NCBI GenBank assembly: GCA_964016885.1
Contig: OZ024741.1
Span: 326,678,001-326,742,000 of the forward strand
DNA length: 64,000 nucleotides
Source of the DNA: Eledone cirrhosa
Lineage: Eukaryota
Direction of reading: 5' to 3'
The first letter of the stretch is position 1. Every line of letters starts with the position of its first letter. Made by a program: the position numbers and the translations under genes. Below, piece by piece: positions 54,060-64,000 of the stretch. The notes below the pieces were generated by a model. That model saw only the letters and a list, made by a program, of their open reading frames with translations, ran no database searches and had not been told where the DNA came from.

Positions 54060-55740
54060 TTATTAAAATAACAGATTAAAGTTTAAGCAAAGAATCGCTG
54101 CTTTCACCCTTAACGGGATCTTCTGAAACTAACAAAGTCAATCTGTGAACGCAGAAGTGGATATTTCAAAAAACGTTGCAACCGGAGGAAGATAGGAAGA
54201 AGATACTTTGGTTCGTGGAAACGTTCCCTGGCAAAGAACGGGAAAAAAGAAATATATACGTCATTAATAGGAGCGGTGAAAAAGAATTACACGCAAAGAC
54301 AGAACCACGTTTATGATATAAAAGAAGTCGTAGACTAATGTTCTCTTAGGTGGTTCATAGAGACTTTCTCTGGCAATGAACGGAAAAAAACGATGATAAT
54401 ACGTCATACGTGGGGCGTGGAAAAGAATTGTACTCAAAGACAAAACCACGTAAATGGTATAGCTGAAGTCGTAGACTAAAATTCTAACAAGAAAACCGAA
54501 TGAAACTCCGCTTCAGAGTTAAGAATAAAGTAAATAAAATACAATACAGAGTTAATTGATATTAAATAAATACATACCCGCATCCAAATACGTACATACA
54601 CAGGCATACGCGAAAACACTCGCCATAGGTATACAAACCACGCACATATAAATATGTGTGTGTGTGTGTGTGTGCGTGTATACAAATAAATAAGTAATTA
54701 AATAAACGTATATAAATAAATAAATACGTATATAACAAGCGCACACACATACCTAGATGTAAATACACAAATGTTCGGAGACGAACGTCAACCAAAACAT
54801 GAAGTACACATATACACACACCCAACATACGTACGAGCCCGTATAATCACACAGACGCAAAACTCCCGTATACACATAACCAAGCATATGTACCAGAATA
54901 TATAAAAATATACGCCATAACATATACAATCAAATATACGTACGAAAAAGTATACGTACCTTCACAAAACATACAGGTAATATATACTTGCCTATGCAAA
55001 TAAGTAATGGTATAAACAAAGTATATACTTAGCTACCACATCAAGACGTAAACTATGCGCGTATAGATCGTACTATCCGTTAGGGTATAATGTGGGGCTG
55101 TAATACAGGAAAGTTTTGTGCAATTTATATTTACAAGCCGAAATTGCCTCAGATTTTTTGTTTAAGATTTTGTCTGTGGCGTCGAGTATTTCCAGGGCCT
55201 CAGCGGCGCAGAGGTCACATGGTCTTTGATTTCCGTTATACGATCTAGCCCTAGCTAGGATCTCCCAGTGTAACTTATATTGGGTGGGGATGTCTTGTTG
55301 GCTCCAGATATGAGCTGAAAGTGACGTCATATTCCTTCTTAGAGGGTAACGAAAAGAATGGGTATGCATGTAAAGACGCTGCTTGAATCTATTGGCGGTT
55401 AACACTATGTAGGCCCTACGGGACGTGGGTGTTACAACCTTACATTTGTAGAAAATGTTACTAGAGAGGCATTTTCCGGATAGGGGGCAATCAACCCGAT
55501 TCCTACAATTACAGTTAGTACTAACTACAGGGTTGCACGTGTTCCTACGGCAAGGTAGTTTAGCTAGATTTGAAGCTGTGATGTTATGTGCAAGGTTAGG
55601 AGTCCTAGAGTAAGACATTTTAATAGTATTTCTATTAAAGATTTTACTATGTTTATGTGTAGGGGGAAAATGTTTCATAATAAGGGATAGAAAGATCTTA
55701 GCTAATGGTGTGGCCACCTCCATTTTATATCCGGAAAAGA
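54060..55740 (-). mobile_element. 5'-truncated Naiad-like PLE (GIY-YIG part and 3'UTR)
   Basis: ORF 55073-55723: KIFNRNTIKMSYS, CNCRNRVDCPLSGKCL, IFY..AYIVLT..FKQR, CDLCAAE, LNKKSE; about 142-bp duplication at 54229-54479 in the 3'UTR. Confidence 0.88.
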
Positions 55741-55913
55741 GATATTATCTCGAAAATTAAGGACATTTAAATAAATCTAAGGTAAAATACTAATTGTCAG
55801 CAATATCATTTGCATTTATTCTATGTCCATACCTGCAATGTTTTGGCTTTATTATACATATACAAACGTTCATACCTCATTACACAATGCTTCAAATGAA
55901 CTATAAATTCCTC

Positions 55914-56027
<114 letters not shown>

Positions 56028-56080
56028 CATATATATATATACATATATATATATATACATATATACATATATATATATAC

Positions 56081-56166
<86 letters not shown>

Positions 56167-56167
56167 T

Positions 56168-57455
56168 ACTGATTGCGGATTTGGTAAGGGTGATGGGAAA
56201 CGTGTCCCGCATATGCAATCCCAAAGAACTAGAGAGACACATATAACACTTCATCCACCGTATGCAGTTCTCTGGTTACAATCAGAGAGATAAGATCAGA
56301 GTATATAGAGGAGCCAGAACCAAATGGTCAAAAATGGTAAATAATGATACAAATGGGACCTGCCTCTTGTATTGGAGCACATTTTGGAATAGCATAGAAA
56401 GAACTAGGAATAAGGTTAATAGAATAAACTCATGGTATGATAGCAATAAATACCAGAGTGTAATGTTTATCAATACAACCCTAGAGATGAATTAGCTTAC
56501 AAATTCAGAAGGGCCCTAGATAAAAATAAACTCAATATTAAGATAGTAGAAAGACCAGGTACCTCCATAAAAAACACTTATTAGCAATACATACCCTTTT
56601 CAAAGACCTCCCTGTATAGATCAGAAATGTATAACCTGTAAATTAAGCCCCCATATTAACTGTAAAACTAGAAATGTAGTATATAGCATGAGATGTACTG
56701 AATGACAATGTGTAGATAAGAATATAGTGTACATAGGTGAGACAGCTCGTAGTATAGGAGAACGGATAAATGAACACTGGCGAGAGCTTCAAGATAGTAA
56801 AGAATCATCTGTACTCTACCAACATGCTAAAATAGAACATAAGGGTAAATTAGAGAACATAAAAATAAAAATAGAATCTACACACAGAAAAGACGCAATG
56901 TTTAGACAAATCACAGAGGCAATAAACATAAATGAACTCCAACCAAAATTAAATAGAAAGCCTGAATGGAATAGCAACATCACAACTTACAATTAAGGCC
57001 AAAATGAAAACACACACACACACATAGAACAAACAACCAACCAGTAACATGTAAATAAACAAATAAATAAACAAATATAAACACACACAGAGACCCGGAT
57101 GTAACACATGCGCAAACTAAGCACACAACACACACAACAACAAGATGGCGTAGGACAGAACAAATGAGAGGCACAAAAACAAAGAAAAGAATCACCAGTC
57201 ACTGAAGAGGTTAGGTCACATAATGTGTGACGAAAGAACTTTGACAATATATGAACAATCATCTGGTTGTGGAACCAACCAACCAACCGGAAATTATAAA
57301 TTCCTAAATTTATGAATTTAATTTATAAAAAATGGAAGTTAAGCATGTGGTGCGTGTGTTTTTTATTGGCAACATGACTCTCCCAAAGTATAACGATGTC
57401 AGTTTCAACACACGTTTTCAGATAAAGAATCTTGCTAAACAAATGCAGAAACGAA
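56168..57455 (+). mobile_element. 5'-truncated Penelope-like element of a second lineage
   Basis: [67 protein letters not shown]; degenerate hammerhead at 57197-57244; embedded in (TA)n. Confidence 0.85.
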
Positions 57456-57472
57456 ATATATATATATACACA

Positions 57473-57522
<50 letters not shown>

Positions 57523-57565
57523 ATATATATATATATATATATGTAGATAGATATATATATATATG

Positions 57566-57693
<128 letters not shown>

Positions 57694-57740
57694 TATATAT
57701 ATATGTATACATATATATATTTATATATATATATATTTAT

Positions 57741-57796
<56 letters not shown>

Positions 57797-57814
57797 TTAT
57801 ATACATATATATAT

Positions 57815-57881
<67 letters not shown>

Positions 57882-57918
57882 CATGTATATATACATATAT
57901 ATATATACATATATATAC

Positions 57919-59004
<1,086 letters not shown>

Positions 59005-59040
59005 ATACATATATGTATATATATATATACATATATATAA

Positions 59041-59365
59041 ATGAAGTAATTCCGTCGGAAAAGTCCAGGAAAAAAGAGTGCTCTATGTAGGTAACAGAGC
59101 TTAATAGTTATGAAATAAACAACATAAGGCAATTATTCTATTCACCAGTGGTTTCTTAAAAGCAAAAGATTTTGCTTTCAATCCTCAGAATGAAAAAATC
59201 CTGGTCTGTTTATTGAATTTGGATTTTTTTGTTTTTTAAAATACAAATTCAATAAACAGACCAGCATTTTTTCATTCTGAGGATTGAAAGCAAAATCTTT
59301 TGCTTTTAAGAAACCACTGGTAAATGGAATAATTGCCTTATGTTGTTTATTACATAACTACATAT
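59041..59365. mobile_element. Fold-back PLE-type insertion: tail 59041-59104, arms about 59105-59228 / 59238-59360
   Basis: About 120-bp inverted repeat between TA tracts, each arm with a hammerhead motif. Confidence 0.8.
59273..59326 (+). ncRNA. Type I hammerhead ribozyme
   Basis: Stem I catt/aatg, CTGAGGA, stem II ttgaaagcaaaa/ttttgcttttaa, GAAA, cca-c-tgg, TA. Confidence 0.8.
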
Positions 59366-59580
59366 ATATATATATAAATATATACGATATTAAACAAATG
59401 GAAACTATATTTATAAAACCATATTCATTTCATTATACATATTTCAGGGATACCATATTAAAAATATGGCATGCCTTCGTCAGATGAAATACAATATATA
59501 AACAGTTTTATAAATAATTTTGACGTACCATATTATAAGCGACCATTATATTAGGAAGCTGTCTGGATAGTGAATTGTTT

Positions 59581-60092
59581 ATAATTATTTAGTTATAGTG
59601 TTAAGCACAGTTAGAAAAAAAGACGGAGAGAAAGAAGAAACGGAGGTAAAGAAAAAAACAGAGAGAGAGAGGGGAGAGAAAGAAAAGGAGAGAGAGAAAA
59701 ATAGATAGGAAGAGGTGAAAAAGAAACAAGAAAGAAATAAGAGAGGCAAATGAAAGCAACAGATAAATAATAATTCATCATACATATAGAGAAACTCAAG
59801 AGAGAAGGAGTACTATATATAGAGAGAAGGATAATAATTATTTAGTTATAGTGTTAAGCACAGTTAGAAAAAAGACAGAGAGAAAGAAAAACGGAGATAA
59901 ATAAAAAACGGAGAGAGAGAGGGGGGAAAGAAAAGAAAGAGAGAGAGAAAATATAAATAGATAGGAGGAAGTGAAAAAGAACCAAGAGAGAAATAAGAGA
60001 GGCAAACGAAAGCGACAGATACATAATAATTCATCATACATAAAGATAAACTCAAGAGAGAGGGGAAAGTGCTATATAGAGAGAGAAGGATA
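59581..60092. repeat. About 253-bp purine-rich tandem duplication
   Basis: ataattatttagttatagtgttaagcacagttagaaaaaa at 59581 and 59834; diverged copies. Confidence 0.85.
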
Positions 60093-60693
60093 CAGTTACA
60101 TATTTACGTCATGTCATATCAATTTGAATTATCAATTCCTATGAAATGGATAATAAGAATGCAAATATCAATATTCATGAATGAGACATAGATATATAAT
60201 ATGAGAAAATAACATTGTTCAATAATGACCATATGTTTAGTTTAAAACTCTGAGATCAATATACCAAAATCTGAGATAAAACCTTAAAAAAATTACCCTA
60301 TTTATAAAAATACGGAAATATATATGTATATATATATACACGTATATGTACTTTCTGAAAAAAGAAAAAAGAGAAAATTATGTCTAACTCTAGTCAATAA
60401 TATACACATGACTTCACCTGATCAACTCTATAATTTCTTGTGTAATAAAAAAAATTCTTGTGTTATAAAAATTTCACTGTATATATACATAAATATACGA
60501 TTAATATTCATGTCCTCACATATATGATTACCGTTCATATATTTAATATTATGCATATCTGTAACATATACAGAACCATACCTATATATATATATATATA
60601 TATGTATATATAAAATATCTGCGTGAGTTTTCCAGCAACTTTACGCACATATACAGACACATGAACGCATAATACATATATATATATATATAC

Positions 60694-60836
<143 letters not shown>

Positions 60837-60998
60837 AGGATTAAAATAAGGATTAAAATACTGGAGCGTGTTGGAGTTACACACCCTCTTCTTATTATAG
60901 AAATGACAGTAAAAGGTACAGCTCAATGTAATTAAACAGAGCCGATGAATTATGAAAGTAAAACAAAGAAGCCTTCAATACATCAAAAGTCTTTATTA

Positions 60999-61036
60999 GC
61001 CAACAATGTTTCGTCCTATTAAGGACTCATCAGGGC
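60999..61036 (-). ncRNA. Minimal type I hammerhead ribozyme
   Basis: gcc CTGATGA gtcc-ttaata-ggac GAAA cattg tt ggc, then taataaa; about 160 nt from (TA)n. Confidence 0.8.
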
Positions 61037-64000
61037 AATTAAAACAACAAGAAGTATTATCGGCCAATACAAGCCGAAAACTCCGAAGAATATGGAGTGT
61101 ACATACACTAAAGTATTGCAAGATTATGGGTAGAAATATATAATAGAAATATATAATAAAAATCACTAAGGAGGTGTATAACATTTAGAACCATATTACA
61201 AATATAGTCCAAAGCAAAAAAACCCCTAGAGCTAAACAAAGGTGGTTATATAGAGCGGGAATTATATATAATACCATATAATATAATATAATATACTTGT
61301 AACAATATTAAAATTACAATAAAAATTAAAAGGTACAATATACATATGTATATATGTACGCACGCGTACGCACATATACACATACATCAATACACATATC
61401 CATCTTAAACAGCACAAATTAAACCTTATTAAGAGTTTAAATATAAATAAGCATGATAGGAATAAAAAAAAAATAATAATAATAATACGTATATCTAATA
61501 TGCATGAGGTAATAATATGATATGATTATAAGCAGCACATATAATATATAATAAACTAAACAATTATATACCATATAATATAATATAATAGATAATCACC
61601 GGTTAATTTACACAAACAATATAGATGTCACAATAATACTATAATAATAATATAATAACATATATAATACATAACATATAATGGCAAGCAAGTTAACAAA
61701 TCAATTCATATAGAGTTACAGAGTAGGTGAGAAAAAATATAAATTGTACAATACCCAAAATTATGATGGTACAAAAATATAAACCTCTTACATGATATAT
61801 AAAGTTCAACATATCATAATGGTACAATATAATCAATGGTAAGTAATAAGGATCGATAGTACAATAACAAATATAATATAAAATAATTAACATAATATAA
61901 TATATAATTACTTATAATTACAAGGTTGGTAAACATACATATATGTGGATGAGTGAGTAAGGGCCAGACAGTAAATAGAATGCACAGTAGTATTAATAAA
62001 TAAATAAATAAATAAATAAATAGAATCAACCGGAAATTAAAAAACAAGAACAAAAGTATATACTTAGGTCTCACATACAGTTAAGTAAAAACTTAGGAAA
62101 CAACCCCTGTAAATGACTCGAAAACCATATTTGATAAATTAATATTAAAAATATTTAAAATATCTAATAAGGTAATACAATATTAGCTATGGTTTAAGTA
62201 ATCAAAATTTATAAACGTTAGTATTTAACTACAAATATATATATAAGGAATGAAATTTTCTACTATCATTTACATAACGATATCCAAAAAACTGACCTAA
62301 GCAGAATTATGGTAGGCTAATAGGGACAGAAAAAAAGAAATATATGGAGGATACAAAGGAGCATAAAATCAGTCAATATACTATATTAAATAATAGAAAG
62401 GAGCGTAAAAGAGGGGGGGGGATTAAATATAATCATAATCCCCATGTACATCTACTTTTGGTATATTTGCCTTCAATTACTTAGACTACATTACACCACT
62501 ATATAATTAATGTAAACTTTAAACACTGAATTGGTTGTGCTAATGTTGTTCTGTGTATGGAGTGCCATCATTGGATAAATGGAAGATTAATTAATTTATT
62601 AACATAAAAGAGCTATATAACCTATATGCTCAGTGCAATGAATTATGTACAAGTGATGTATGAGTTATACATACATGTATGACTTGATGGTCAGATTAGT
62701 GACATTGTAAGTGAGAATTGATCTCTCGTCTACCCTAGTGATATTTAACTTTGCCATGCAATCAGACATGCACTGACCCAGAGCTTACCAGGAGTTATAT
62801 ATAGAAGGGATCCTAATAAAACCCTGCCAGGTTCTGCGGGTAGACTACACTTACAAAGATCATTGATTTGGGGATCTGACGCTTCATGTAGAATATTCAG
62901 TTGTGGCACTCTATAATAGAAGGTAATCATCCTAATATGAACACCTTTAGTACTTCTTGATAGACTACACTGTAATTTATAGATAAGATACTTAAATTTA
63001 GAAACTGTTTATAACCTTATATGATAGGGACTCATTTGAGACACCATTTAATGTACATTAGGATAATAAATTTAGTTATAGAAATCAGCTAGTTACCTCC
63101 CCTCACGCATTAACTCCCCTTAATCACACACACACTTCCAGAAAATAATACGATGTCAATTCTCGCAACAAAAACAACTTGCTCTATAAAATTGGATTAA
63201 AGAACAACAAGCTGTAACATTCTAACATAATTCATCAAGCATCCAATATTGAATCATCGTAGATGATGTGAAGGACATATAATCTATATATTACGTTTCC
63301 TGGATTGTGAAAATGGTGGTGTATACGAAAACCATAACATTGTTTTGCTTCTCATTTTTAATATTTTTAATATTTCTCTACACACAAGCTTCTATATCAT
63401 ACATATAAAAAAATACTTTACCAATACAACCCCCATAATAGTCTTGATTGCCCGCTTAAAGTGCTTGTATTACATATAACACCCTGCCGCACTATAATCT
63501 TATAGTGCATGACCCACGTGCATGCCCCACGTGTAACTATTGCATACACTAACTACTTCAAACTATCCTCTTGCTTTATCTTCGTAAACTGCCAATGTTG
63601 TATTTTAACTTTAATTTTGTTCTTTAATATGACTTTAATCTTAGAATGTAATTTGCCATGCTAAAATATTATAATGGATGTCAACCCACTGTGCATCAAT
63701 ATATACATATGTTTCTGTATGTCTCTTGTGTTGAAAAAGAGGTCATGAATGTAAACAATCATTGAAAAATTGCTCCGAAGACTCGAAATCTCGGTTTGGA
63801 AGGAACAATTGTAAGCGAATAAATGGTTTAAACAGAACTTCGATTCATGTAATTTCTATATAACTGCTCTGTAGAACAACTGATGTTATTACATTGAGCT
63901 ATTTATCTTACTGGTAATAAGGTAGTAATAAATTACTGTCTTTCACTATTTAGGGTTTAAAATATATATAACTATAAAAGGTTTTAGTATATACATAACC

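Noticed and set aside
61040-64000. Possible PLE body upstream of the 60999 hammerhead
   Set aside because: Could not read any RT or GIY-YIG motif by eye; left unannotated

Overview
AT-rich, repeat-saturated animal genomic DNA. The SINE types, long (TA)n tracts and TE mix suggest an octopus/cephalopod; this is inference, not a database result. No intact host gene is evident, only one candidate terminal exon at 26528-26568 (-). The window is organised around two microsatellite landing pads. (1) (ATT)n/(AAT)n tracts hold head-to-tail arrays of five Tx1-type (L1 superfamily) non-LTR retrotransposons (A and B on +, C, D and E on -), two 3'-end fragments of R4/Dong-type elements and a SINE 3' fragment. 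(2) (TA)n tracts hold Penelope-like elements (Naiad-like and a second lineage), many fold-back termini carrying type I hammerhead ribozymes, a 310-bp hammerhead tandem unit resembling a retrozyme, and a deleted mariner. The main observations are: a perfect AG|GTAAGT splice-donor motif 37-39 nt upstream of the ORF2 ATG in all four Tx1 copies with a 5' end, which is also where B and D switch from divergent 5'UTR/ORF1 modules to a near-identical ORF2; a 3'-terminal motif shared between the Tx1 elements and a Meta-domain SINE; and the structured 310-nt hammerhead monomer. All alignments and folds were done by eye, so coordinates are approximate to a few bases.
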